Below, in pieces: positions 38,654 through 48,335 of a DNA stretch of 64,000 nt. Source of the stretch: a virus (Duplodnaviria > Caudoviricetes); IMG/VR virus record IMGVR_UViG_3300033066_001278, positions 18,049-82,048 of that record. The stretch is one strand, 5' to 3'. A program made the position numbers and the translations under genes. The notes under the pieces were generated by a model that was not told the DNA's origin, ran no database searches, and was given only the letters and a program-made list of their open reading frames with translations. Within the stretch, counting starts at the first letter, position 1, and each line of letters opens with the position of its first letter.

Positions 38654-41600
38654 TTAACTCTTTTTAAACACTACCCAACAATCTATAACGTTATTATATA
38701 TAAATTTATCTACATTTTTTACTTTTTGTGCTGGATTATTAATAAAAGATGAGTTAATTGTGTCACTATCTGCAACATTTAATCTTGATAGATAAAAAGA
38801 TTTACCAGAACAGTATCTAATTGGATCTGTTGCAAGGTCTACTTCTACAACAGAAATTCTAGATGCATCAATTGTTTTTAAATCTTTGAATGCGTCATTG
38901 CTTGTTAATGTGATTTTTCTAGTTAACAAATCTTTTACTGTATTAGCTTGGCTTAATAGTGTAGCATTAGATGATTTATAACTACCATCTTTTGCTTTTG
39001 AATTATAATATATTCTTATTTCAACTACAGGATTATAGTTGTCTTGAATTAATGATGTGGCATTATTTCCTTGTGATGAAATGGCTTGCAATTGACTAAT
39101 GTTTGATTCAGCATATTTATTTGAGGTTGAATCAATTATAGAATCTGCGCCATAACCATTTCTTGATTGATTATCAGCATTACCAAGAATTACACCAAGA
39201 TGTGTTTGATTAGTAGTATTATCTTGACGATGATGATAATAATTAGCCATGTTTTTATTTTTATATAAAATTTTGCCAACTATATCTAATGGTGTAGGAA
39301 TATATTCTCCTGGATTATGGCCATAACTAAGACTTAATGTTGTAGAAAAGCTGCCCTCATTTCCGAATGAATGAGATACTTGTTCAACATAAAATAATAA
39401 ATCTCTGTCTTCTATATATACAACGTCTCCAACTTGCATATATTCACTACCAGCAATTGATACTTTGCCTTGCAGTATGCTACCTCTAGCAATGTTTAAT
39501 AACATAACAGCATATGGAGCTAGTTGAGTCTCTGGATTTGTTAAAAATGGAGCATGAATCGAATTTGGCGATCTAAAACCATACATTTTAAACAAATCAT
39601 AATCTATTGCTTGAGCGGATGTAATTGCATTACCACCATTTTGAAATGAATTTAAATCTGATGGCAAATCGCCTTGTGCTATAAATCCATCACCATAAGA
39701 TCCAGATACTTCTACTGTTGTGAATTGTGGTGGATTTTCTGATAAATCAATAGATTTAATTTGTACAGGCTTAATAATAAATCTTTGTCCTGAGCCTGGA
39801 CCAAAATCATCATATGTTTCATCTTCTATCATATGCTCAAAATTTTCTGGAATATGAGAGTTATTAGTTAAATTAGGAGCTAATATATTAGTTGCAATAT
39901 TTGAATTATCTAAATTAAGTCCCTCTTTTAAATTAACTAAAGCTTTAGAAGCTATTTTTATATTGCGTTGTCTTTCTTCAACAGACTGTTTGATTTTATC
40001 TAAAATCCCAAGTAAATCTTTATATGCAACCCTGCCTGTAGCAAGTATTAAAGTTTGTCCATTTGTGGTAGCATATAAACTTGTTAAATCAATTTTTTGA
40101 CCTTGATAAGCTGATATTCTATCTTGTAATAATTGTACTCTAGCTGAATTAACTCCATTCTGTAATACTTCAACACCAAGAGATTCTTTTCCGCCAGGAT
40201 TTCCATTATTACCAAATAGGTAATTTTTTCTTTTAACAACGTCAAATAAATTGTTAACTGAAGCTTGGGTGTTTACTACAGTAGAAACATCACTTATGCT
40301 TGCATTAGTTGTTTTAAATAATGTTTTATTTGAAACAGGTATTATTTTATTTTTAATATCTTGTTTAATATCTGGATTGCTTTCTGTGAATATTTTAAAT
40401 GATGAATCTCCACCTAATATTCTGCCACTGTTTTCATTTGATAAAAATGAGAAACCTGCGCCACCACTTACTGATGATTTTAATAACGCTTCACAATCAG
40501 AATCAAAAGCTTTTCCTAATAATGCACAATACAATCTAATCAAGTCTTCTGTAAACTCAATTTGTTTAAATAGTGTATCTAATTGTACAGCATAGAGTTT
40601 TTCTAAAAATTCTGGAAATACTTGTATGCCCTTATCTTGTTTTTGTTTTAACAAATTAGAGAATACTGAACTGGGGACTTTATTATATTGAGGAGATCTA
40701 ATTTGTATGTGTCCCTGAGAATCAGCGAATACCTCTAAATTTAATAGCTTAGCTGTATCTGTAATAAACTGTGATACAGTATTAAATTGACTTTGGAATA
40801 GTGAAAATTGATTTTGAAAACTTTTTTCATAAGCCATTAAATCATAGTCTTTATCAAAAGAATCGTCTATGATAACAAGATTGATGTCTTCATTTGCTTT
40901 AACTTTCCATGATAATCTTTGAGTTAAGAAGTTAACCTTTTTTCTAAGCTCTTTTCTTAATTGTTTATTTTTTTCTAGAGATGTATTTGTGTTAATATAA
41001 TTATCAGTATTAACAGAAATATCATCTCCAATTACAGATAAATAATTTTTTGGATCACTTATGATAGAGTTATAATCATTTTTTTCAATATCTGATATCT
41101 CTTTATCCAAATCAGTAATCTTTGATTTTAATTCAGATATTGTTTGAGCTAATTTACTCTTAATGGTGCTATTTCCAACTACTGGATTTTGAATATCTTC
41201 TAGTGCTAAAACTTTATCGCTAAATTCAGCTCTTTCATTTATTTTTTCTTGAAGTCTTTTATTAAAATTTAAAGCTGATGTTTGATTAGATATCATTCTA
41301 GATACATCTGCTTCATTTATAGATAATTTCTTAAATGGAGTAAAGTTTCCATAAAGATAATTTCTCTTTTTTAAATTATTTTCTAACGCTCTATAATAAG
41401 AAACTGAAGGATCTTCACCTGTTGTTGCGTCTCTTTTATAAGTATCAAAATTAATAACAGTTTTATAATAATTTATAAAATTATGTGGCTCACCAGTTAT
41501 TAATAATGATAATACATCAATAACACTTTGTCCAGCAAATGGATCTTTAGTTGTTGAAACTGCTGAAGGTGAGGCTTCTAATAATTCTGTTGAATTATTA

Positions 41601-43543
41601 AATTGAACTAATGTGCCAATACCTTTTTTAAATTTATAAACGAATCCATCTGGATCATAAAATGTTCTAATCATATTGAGATTAGATTCTTTAGTATAAT
41701 CTCTATTAAAATTTAATGAAGAAGGAATAGCTCCAGCTTCAGGGCCCATTTTGTAAGATACGAAGTCTGAATTATCAAGTAAAGCTTGATTTTCAGGTAA
41801 TAATTTTGGCTTATCGTTTGTGATACCAAGAACAGTATCATATTTAATATCAAATGGAGTTAATGGATCATAAAAACTACCATTGAATACATCTATTGAT
41901 GGTTTCATATTTACTTGGCCAAGACCAAAGTAATAAGTATTATCTTTACCACCAATACTAACAGAATAAGCTCCAGAGCTTGAACTATATGATCCGCTAA
42001 CTGAATCAACAACTCCAGAAAATATTTGAGGACCTGATGTTTGATTAACGAATGTTGAGCGCAACATTGGCCATAACCATGATGGAAAATCTGGACCAAC
42101 TATAATTGATTTTTCAACATCCAAATAGTTATTTGGTAAAAAGCTATTTTTAATTAAATCAACCGTGTTATTACCAAATTGTAAAAAGCTTAATGCATTA
42201 AAGTTTGATTGAAGACCTTTGCTTATTTTAGAATCTATTTCAGATTTAGAAGAAGCGTATATATGGACAGTATCCATAGGATTGATAATATATTTGCCTT
42301 TATACTGCAAAAATAATTCTTTTCTAATAGTGTTTAAATTCTTATTATAAGATTTAACATTTTTATCAATAGAGTTAATACTTGAAACTATAGTAGCACA
42401 AGTTTCTATAATTGAAATAAATTTTAAAGCTTCAGTTTGTGTAAATGCTTCTTTTGGATTTATACCAAAATTTGTTAAATCATTATGTTTATCATTTGAC
42501 TCTAAAAATATAGGGTCGATATCTGATATTTGTAACTTAAATTTAAAGTCAAAATTAATTTCAAAAGCGTTTACTACAGCTTTTACTGGTTTACCAATAA
42601 AAGAATTTGGATTAATGTAATAATTAATAGGAGAAGCCCCTCTACTAGCTCTTATTGAATTTAGTTCAGATATTTTTTGATCTTTAATTAAATTTAATTG
42701 TTCTTGACCAATTTGTAATAGTGGGCTTGTTCTAGTTGGTGTGAATGTATCTGATAACGCCTTCTCAATATCATAAGGTGTTATGAACATTAAATTATAT
42801 GGATCAGAAAAATTTACACTAAATGATCCAGAATTAAACCCTAAACCAAGATTAGTAGATAAGGTTGTAAAATTTGTTAATTCAAAAACGCCTGTGCCTT
42901 GACCAAGTTTTGTATCATAAAGTTGATTATTAGGCACAAACCATTTAGATAAAATATTTTCTTTATTGTAAGCTTGTACTTGCTTTAATTTATTTAATAT
43001 GCCAATAAAAGATGATAGATCATTATTAGCAGATCCATTAATTGCAAACATGTTATTTGCAGCATCTATAATTGTTGGAATTAAGGCTTCATGGATGTAG
43101 CCCATTGTTATAGAAACTTTATTTATTTTAACAAGCTTCTCAAAATTAGCTATTTGATTTATTTTATTTTGAAATAAATTTTTGGTAGCTCTTATTGTAA
43201 GGAGTTCTTCTTGTGAAGAAGCATCAGGTCTATAATTTTCTGCTAATGAACTAAATGCTCTTTTTTTAATGACAACAGACGCAGATGGTTGCTGCATTAA
43301 TATTTCTAAATCTCTTTGTTTAAAATTAAATTGATTTAAGCTATAAAAACCAGCTTCTGTATATGATCTTTTTTCAGACTGATCAATTTTCTTTGAAAAA
43401 TCTCCTAGTTTTCCAAATCTTTGAGGGGATCCATCTTTTTGAATTAAATCTAATGTTTCTAAACGATTATTACCAAGGAATTGTTTTTCAATCATTCCTC
43501 CTAAATTATTAAATACATTAGGCTTGCCATCTAAAAAACTCAT
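38654..43543 (-). CDS. Baseplate hub-like protein (gp27/late control D-like), 1629 aa
   Basis: Synteny after the tape measure and tube initiator. EVFADSQGHIQIRSPQY and GKVSIAG...QVGD...FYVEQVSHSF...FSTTLSL are typical hub motifs. Confidence 0.65.
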   Translation of the reverse strand: MSFLDGKPNVFNNLGGMIEKQFLGNNRLETLDLIQKDGSPQRFGKLGDFSKKIDQSEKRSYTEAGFYSLNQFNFKQRDLEILMQQPSASVVIKKRAFSSLAENYRPDASSQEELLTIRATKNLFQNKINQIANFEKLVKINKVSITMGYIHEALIPTIIDAANNMFAINGSANNDLSSFIGILNKLKQVQAYNKENILSKWFVPNNQLYDTKLGQGTGVFELTNFTTLSTNLGLGFNSGSFSVNFSDPYNLMFITPYDIEKALSDTFTPTRTSPLLQIGQEQLNLIKDQKISELNSIRASRGASPINYYINPNSFIGKPVKAVVNAFEINFDFKFKLQISDIDPIFLESNDKHNDLTNFGINPKEAFTQTEALKFISIIETCATIVSSINSIDKNVKSYNKNLNTIRKELFLQYKGKYIINPMDTVHIYASSKSEIDSKISKGLQSNFNALSFLQFGNNTVDLIKNSFLPNNYLDVEKSIIVGPDFPSWLWPMLRSTFVNQTSGPQIFSGVVDSVSGSYSSSSGAYSVSIGGKDNTYYFGLGQVNMKPSIDVFNGSFYDPLTPFDIKYDTVLGITNDKPKLLPENQALLDNSDFVSYKMGPEAGAIPSSLNFNRDYTKESNLNMIRTFYDPDGFVYKFKKGIGTLVQFNNSTELLEASPSAVSTTKDPFAGQSVIDVLSLLITGEPHNFINYYKTVINFDTYKRDATTGEDPSVSYYRALENNLKKRNYLYGNFTPFKKLSINEADVSRMISNQTSALNFNKRLQEKINERAEFSDKVLALEDIQNPVVGNSTIKSKLAQTISELKSKITDLDKEISDIEKNDYNSIISDPKNYLSVIGDDISVNTDNYINTNTSLEKNKQLRKELRKKVNFLTQRLSWKVKANEDINLVIIDDSFDKDYDLMAYEKSFQNQFSLFQSQFNTVSQFITDTAKLLNLEVFADSQGHIQIRSPQYNKVPSSVFSNLLKQKQDKGIQVFPEFLEKLYAVQLDTLFKQIEFTEDLIRLYCALLGKAFDSDCEALLKSSVSGGAGFSFLSNENSGRILGGDSSFKIFTESNPDIKQDIKNKIIPVSNKTLFKTTNASISDVSTVVNTQASVNNLFDVVKRKNYLFGNNGNPGGKESLGVEVLQNGVNSARVQLLQDRISAYQGQKIDLTSLYATTNGQTLILATGRVAYKDLLGILDKIKQSVEERQRNIKIASKALVNLKEGLNLDNSNIATNILAPNLTNNSHIPENFEHMIEDETYDDFGPGSGQRFIIKPVQIKSIDLSENPPQFTTVEVSGSYGDGFIAQGDLPSDLNSFQNGGNAITSAQAIDYDLFKMYGFRSPNSIHAPFLTNPETQLAPYAVMLLNIARGSILQGKVSIAGSEYMQVGDVVYIEDRDLLFYVEQVSHSFGNEGSFSTTLSLSYGHNPGEYIPTPLDIVGKILYKNKNMANYYHHRQDNTTNQTHLGVILGNADNQSRNGYGADSIIDSTSNKYAESNISQLQAISSQGNNATSLIQDNYNPVVEIRIYYNSKAKDGSYKSSNATLLSQANTVKDLLTRKITLTSNDAFKDLKTIDASRISVVEVDLATDPIRYCSGKSFYLSRLNVADSDTINSSFINNPAQKVKNVDKFIYNNVIDCWVVFKKS

Positions 43544-43544
43544 A

Positions 43545-44459
43545 TTACTTTAATCTTGTTTGAGGGTTATTACTTAATGGAGATACAACTCCACCAATTT
43601 GTCCAGACGCACTAACTTGAGTTGGTTTAACCATATCAGGATAAGTGCCATAAGACATTGGATTTCCAAATGTATTTTCTGTGCCCCAATTGCTTGCACC
43701 ATCTTTCGCACTTTTTTGCCATGGAAATTCATTTACTCTATATCCACGTCTTTGTGTTGCGGTGAACTGAATATTATAATCAAACATTCCTAAATTATTA
43801 ACGCTTTCTGTTACTCTAAAAGTATTAAAATAACCTCTATATATCCAGCCGCTATAATACATTTCTGTAGTAAAAGCTAAATTAGCTAATGAAGGTATAT
43901 TTCTTGGTAATATAAATTGAGTATTATTATTTAAACCTAGAGTACCACTAGCTAACTCTCCAAAACCATTACCAGAAAACTTTTGTGTAATATAATTGCC
44001 AATATTTTGAGCAGAATTTATAGAACCCATAGTTAAACCTAAATTATCAAAGACAAATTGTTCAGATCTATATATTTCATATAAAACGTTAACACCTTCA
44101 ATACCAGATGAGCCTGTAGTTCCATCAATATCAATTGTTGTTAGTTCTTCGCCCCAATATTGTAAAACATAACCACCTTTAGTTCTTTCTTTTTGTATAA
44201 TTTTAGAATCGCTATATCTTATATTTTGTGGATTAATATACATATTCACAATACCAATCTCAGGTACAAACCATGATATTGTTTTTCTTAATTTAGTGCC
44301 ATATCTTTCATTTTGAACTTTTGAAGATGGCAGTCCTGTATTATCTGCACTAGGAATAGCTCCAGTTTGCGCAAAATCTTGACCTGTCAATGATGCAGCT
44401 GAATTATAAATATCATTGACACCTTGCCCAACACCAGATAATATATTTCTTAAAGTCAT
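43545..44459 (-). CDS. Tail tube initiator-like protein
   Basis: MYINPQNIRY...ERTKGG...YWGEE...I.I.GTTG...Y.GYF..F.VTE...F.YNIQF; follows the tape measure gene. Confidence 0.6.
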   Translation of the reverse strand: MTLRNILSGVGQGVNDIYNSAASLTGQDFAQTGAIPSADNTGLPSSKVQNERYGTKLRKTISWFVPEIGIVNMYINPQNIRYSDSKIIQKERTKGGYVLQYWGEELTTIDIDGTTGSSGIEGVNVLYEIYRSEQFVFDNLGLTMGSINSAQNIGNYITQKFSGNGFGELASGTLGLNNNTQFILPRNIPSLANLAFTTEMYYSGWIYRGYFNTFRVTESVNNLGMFDYNIQFTATQRRGYRVNEFPWQKSAKDGASNWGTENTFGNPMSYGTYPDMVKPTQVSASGQIGGVVSPLSNNPQTRLK

Positions 44460-44485
44460 TTTGCTATATTTAATGTCTTATTATT

Positions 44486-46585
44486 TTAAGATGGAGTTAA
44501 TTTATATCCGCTTGCACTAGTATTTTTATTATCTGGTTCGCCATTCATTGTTAATCCACAATTAATACAAATACCTTTTACATTAACATGAACATCTTGT
44601 GGTGGGGCTTGTCCAGGATTTGTATTTGGTTGAAAGCCAGTTATAGGTTGTTTATTTGAATTATCAATAATTTCAGGAGATACTAATGCCTTTTGTTTTG
44701 GCATTGAGTTAATTGGTGGTAAAGATTTTTTTGGCGTTGGCTTAGGTGCTGCTGGTTTAATTGAATCTTTTGTTTGAGCTGTAATAGCATTAGCACCCAT
44801 TCCAGCTTGTGTTCCAGTTTGTGAAACAGTTACTGCATTATAATCTTCTATTGTAGAATTTTTTGTACCATATGATTTTGCGTAATCCTGCATTGTTGAT
44901 TTTTGTTGATTATAAATTTGTTTATAATAAGGATTATCTGTTCCTATTTCTTTCTTAACAATACTCATTGCTTGAATATCTGAAGCTGTTGCTATTCTGT
45001 CTAAAAAAACAATTGAAGCATCTAGTGCTGAAGCATTTCTTTCTTGTATAGAATTACCTCTACTAATTTGCTCAGCCATTGCATCTTGACCCGATTTAAT
45101 TATATTTCCAGTTTCTTTACTGAATGAAGCGCCTGTAGCCATTGCATCTAAAATTCTAGACGCCTCTTCATCATTTTTAGCTAATCCACCAAATGCACCA
45201 CTCTTAAGCATTGCTTGTTGCTTGAATCTTTGAGCCGCTAATTCTGGACTTTGTGAGGCTTCTTGTAAAGAAACAATTTTACCACCAATTTGTTTCTTAA
45301 GAGTGCCCTCAACCATTTTCATGACTTCATCCATTTTACCTTCACGCATTAGCTTCTCTATTTGAAAAGCTCCTTGAAGACCTCCTGGACCACCTGAACG
45401 AGCAGAAATAAAAGCTTTAGTACCTATCTCTAAATTTTTAACATTATTAATCATTCCAGCAACCAAATCACTAGATGCTTTGGCACTTAATCCCGTTTCT
45501 CTTAATGCAGGAACGAAACGAGCCATTGCTCTAGTAGCAGCTTCAGTATTATCACCAATATATCTAAAATTAGTTGCAACTGTTTTTAATGTTGATTCAA
45601 CATCAGTTAATCTAATTCCTAAAGAATTACTTGTTTCAGAAATTAATGCTGTGAATTTTAAAGCTTTTTCTCCTGATAAACCAAGTTCATCATATGCAGT
45701 TTTTAAATCATCAAGAATATCATTGAATGATCGACCAGAGCCAGCGGCTAATCTTAATACAGCATCAAAATTATTAATGCCACCAGCAGCCACTATTGTT
45801 TGATCTAATGCACCAGGAATTGTTTTGCCAAACATTGCAGCCATTTCTGCAAGTTTTTCTGGTAATAATCCAGTTGTAATGGCAAGATTTTGAGTTAACG
45901 ATGCCATTTGCAAAAGACCAGTTTGTAATTTGGTCGAATCTACAGCTGCACCAGTAAACGCTTTACCTAATTGACCGGAGGCAGCAGCTATTTGCATAAA
46001 TGCTGTTTCAGCTTTTCTTGCAGAGTCAGCTTTTTCAGCAAATCTTTGAAGCAAAGCAATGCCACTTGCTGCTGATTGTCCTAACATACTGCCAAGTTTA
46101 CCACCTGATGCTTTTTCTAATGCAGCGCCTAATCCTGGCACTACGCCAATTAAATCTTGAATAGTGCTTTTTGTATTTCCAAATCTACTTTTTAATTCTA
46201 ATAATTTTTCACTATAGCCAGTAAAAGAAACTTGACCTTGATCTAAGTTTTTAGATAATCCTTTAAAAACATCACTTGATCCTATAACTGTTCCAAGACC
46301 TAAGAATGTATTTTTTAAACTATCAGCAGATATTCCTAATTTATTTAAAGATTCTTGACTTTCACCCGCAGAAAGAGATAATGAACTTAAAGCGTCTTTA
46401 CCTTTATTTAAAGATGAAACCATATCATTTAATCTTAAAGAAGCTTCTTTAGCTTTTACAATAAATGATTCATTAGATGAATTTAAATCATCTAACTCTT
46501 CTTTGGTTGCTTTAATAGATTTTCCAGCTTTATCAAAACTTTCTGAAACTTTTGGATCAACTGGTGTGATGGGTGGGTCAGCCAT
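44486..46585 (-). CDS. Tail tape measure protein
   Basis: Ala/Gly/Leu-rich helical 699 aa immediately after the frameshifted chaperone. Confidence 0.8.
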   Translation of the reverse strand: MADPPITPVDPKVSESFDKAGKSIKATKEELDDLNSSNESFIVKAKEASLRLNDMVSSLNKGKDALSSLSLSAGESQESLNKLGISADSLKNTFLGLGTVIGSSDVFKGLSKNLDQGQVSFTGYSEKLLELKSRFGNTKSTIQDLIGVVPGLGAALEKASGGKLGSMLGQSAASGIALLQRFAEKADSARKAETAFMQIAAASGQLGKAFTGAAVDSTKLQTGLLQMASLTQNLAITTGLLPEKLAEMAAMFGKTIPGALDQTIVAAGGINNFDAVLRLAAGSGRSFNDILDDLKTAYDELGLSGEKALKFTALISETSNSLGIRLTDVESTLKTVATNFRYIGDNTEAATRAMARFVPALRETGLSAKASSDLVAGMINNVKNLEIGTKAFISARSGGPGGLQGAFQIEKLMREGKMDEVMKMVEGTLKKQIGGKIVSLQEASQSPELAAQRFKQQAMLKSGAFGGLAKNDEEASRILDAMATGASFSKETGNIIKSGQDAMAEQISRGNSIQERNASALDASIVFLDRIATASDIQAMSIVKKEIGTDNPYYKQIYNQQKSTMQDYAKSYGTKNSTIEDYNAVTVSQTGTQAGMGANAITAQTKDSIKPAAPKPTPKKSLPPINSMPKQKALVSPEIIDNSNKQPITGFQPNTNPGQAPPQDVHVNVKGICINCGLTMNGEPDNKNTSASGYKLTPS

Positions 46586-47621
46586 TATTTAATAACTCTT
46601 CGTTTCTTGTTTTTTGGAATTAAGGTATTATTATCAATATCTTGCTCATTATATGCCTTAATTTTCTTCCAAGTTTCTTCAAATTCTTCATCTGTAGAAG
46701 AGTATTTGTCATCAGATAACATTTGCTTAGCTGCTTCTGGATTTGTAAATGAGCCAACAAGAATTCCATGTTGTTTTAACAACTCATATTCTTCTTTTTG
46801 ATCTTCAAGCCAATTCGCATACATCCAATATTTTAATATTGGATTTAATTCATTTAATTGCTCTGAATCAGGAAGACATTTTAAATATTTAGCCAGATAC
46901 CATTTAAAACGGTGTTCTGGCTCATTTATTATTTTTTTAAGTCTTCGAGAACCTCTTTAACGTCTTCGTCAGATTTTAAAGCGTATTTCTTTTTGCTTTC
47001 ATCAACTAGTTTTTCATATTCGGCATATAAAAGAGTTAAAATATCTTCTTGAATATTTTCAATTTTATCTCTTAAATCTTCTAGTGAAGAAGCGCCTAAA
47101 ACGTCTTCAAAAGCCTCATCATTAACAGATTTAATAGCAAATAAAAGAGTTTCATTTCTAATTGCAAGTTGCATCTCAAATTGATTAATAATATCAGAAG
47201 CAAGCTCTCTTCCAAATTTAAACAAATGTTTAAACTCTTTAGATTTAAGTGTTCTTAGTGTAAACTTAACTCCATCTATATCTACATCTTTTGTTAAAGA
47301 TCCAAATCCAGCTAAGAATTCTATTCTTTTCACTCTTTCAGCAGACAATCTATCTTTGCCTTGTCTAGCTAATTTTGATAATCTTATTTGTTCTTCTAAT
47401 TTATATGCGTCTTCCTCTTCATTCTCAAATTCTTGGTGTTGAGTTGGCGCAGGATTAGCTGAACCTCCATTTATATAAGATAAAGCTATTCTTGCTTGTT
47501 CTAATGGATTCATTTTAGAATTAGGTGATGGTGCAGGACGATCATCTACAGTAAATGTTTTAATAGCTTGAGGAAGACTTGGTTTCTTTTTACGTAAAAT
47601 TGGTGAATCTATATCTACCAT
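46585..47621 (-). CDS. Tail assembly chaperone extended form (gpGT-like, about 345 aa) by -1 frameshift at 46932-46938
   Basis: The -1 frame is open from A AAA AAA through IINEPEHRFKWYLAKYLKCLP...YWMYANWLEDQ (track ORF 46585..46824) to the tape measure start. Confidence 0.78.
46891..46938 (-). promoter_or_regulatory. -1 frameshift signal: slippery A AAA AAA plus 3' stem-loop
   Basis: Heptamer 46932-46938, 9-nt spacer, then AGCCAGA...TCTGGCT stem with an inner ACCG/TGGT pairing. Confidence 0.7.
46929..47621 (-). CDS. Tail assembly chaperone (gpG-like, 230 aa)
   Basis: Between tube and tape measure; GVKFTLRTL; ends TTA AAA AAA TAA. Confidence 0.8.
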   Translation of the reverse strand: MVDIDSPILRKKKPSLPQAIKTFTVDDRPAPSPNSKMNPLEQARIALSYINGGSANPAPTQHQEFENEEEDAYKLEEQIRLSKLARQGKDRLSAERVKRIEFLAGFGSLTKDVDIDGVKFTLRTLKSKEFKHLFKFGRELASDIINQFEMQLAIRNETLLFAIKSVNDEAFEDVLGASSLEDLRDKIENIQEDILTLLYAEYEKLVDESKKKYALKSDEDVKEVLEDLKK

Positions 47622-47626
47622 AATAA

Positions 47627-47665
47627 ATAACTCCTAATGTTATATATCAAAACATTAGGAGTTAT
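47627..47665 (-). promoter_or_regulatory. 15-bp perfect hairpin masking the chaperone SD, with GATATATA over the loop
   Basis: Arms 47627-47641 and 47651-47665; the 3' arm contains AGGAG. Confidence 0.7.
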
Positions 47666-47690
47666 AAGTATATTTAGTTAATTTAAGCTA

Positions 47691-48305
47691 TTAGAAAGGT
47701 AAGAATGTTTTCAAAAGTCCTGGACCATCTAATGCACCACGACGTAAACCACGATCAGCTTCTCTTTCATATGCATCAATTCCGAATGGTAAACCACGTT
47801 CACCACCTTGAGCAACATTTGAATTATTTAGAGTGCTAAAGATATCTTCAGCTTCCCATTCCATAGTATCAGAGATTATAAAGTCTGTCGCTTTAAAACC
47901 ATAACTAATACCTTTAATCCAAACATTTTTTAGAATGGTGATAATTGCATTTTCACCATCACCATTATATTTGTCTATAATTACTATATCAAATGGAAAT
48001 CTTTGTGATTTAACGTGAACGAAACCTCTTGAGAAAGCTTCTGCAACACGTAATCTATCAAAACGTATTCTTTCACATCTGCCAGATACTTTAGTAGAGC
48101 TTCTTGGAGCAGAATCAATCTGCCCATCAGTTCCTACTTCAGAAATAAATGAAACATCGCGACTTTCATTTATTGTCAAATCTTGAACTGCGCCAATTGG
48201 ATTGGGTCCAACCATTAACACAATTTGTGTTGAAAGAGCAATTCCAGTACGATTTGATCCATCTGGACGAGTAAGTATTGAACCTGTTTGTGGGTAAGTT
48301 GCCAT
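47691..48305 (-). CDS. Tail tube protein
   Basis: 204 aa after the sheath; IGAVQDL.I.E.R.V..I.EVG...Q.FPFDI.I.D...I.NVWI..EAE. Confidence 0.82.
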   Translation of the reverse strand: MATYPQTGSILTRPDGSNRTGIALSTQIVLMVGPNPIGAVQDLTINESRDVSFISEVGTDGQIDSAPRSSTKVSGRCERIRFDRLRVAEAFSRGFVHVKSQRFPFDIVIIDKYNGDGENAIITILKNVWIKGISYGFKATDFIISDTMEWEAEDIFSTLNNSNVAQGGERGLPFGIDAYEREADRGLRRGALDGPGLLKTFLPF

Positions 48306-48335
48306 TTATAGTAAACCTTATTTAATATTCTTTAA

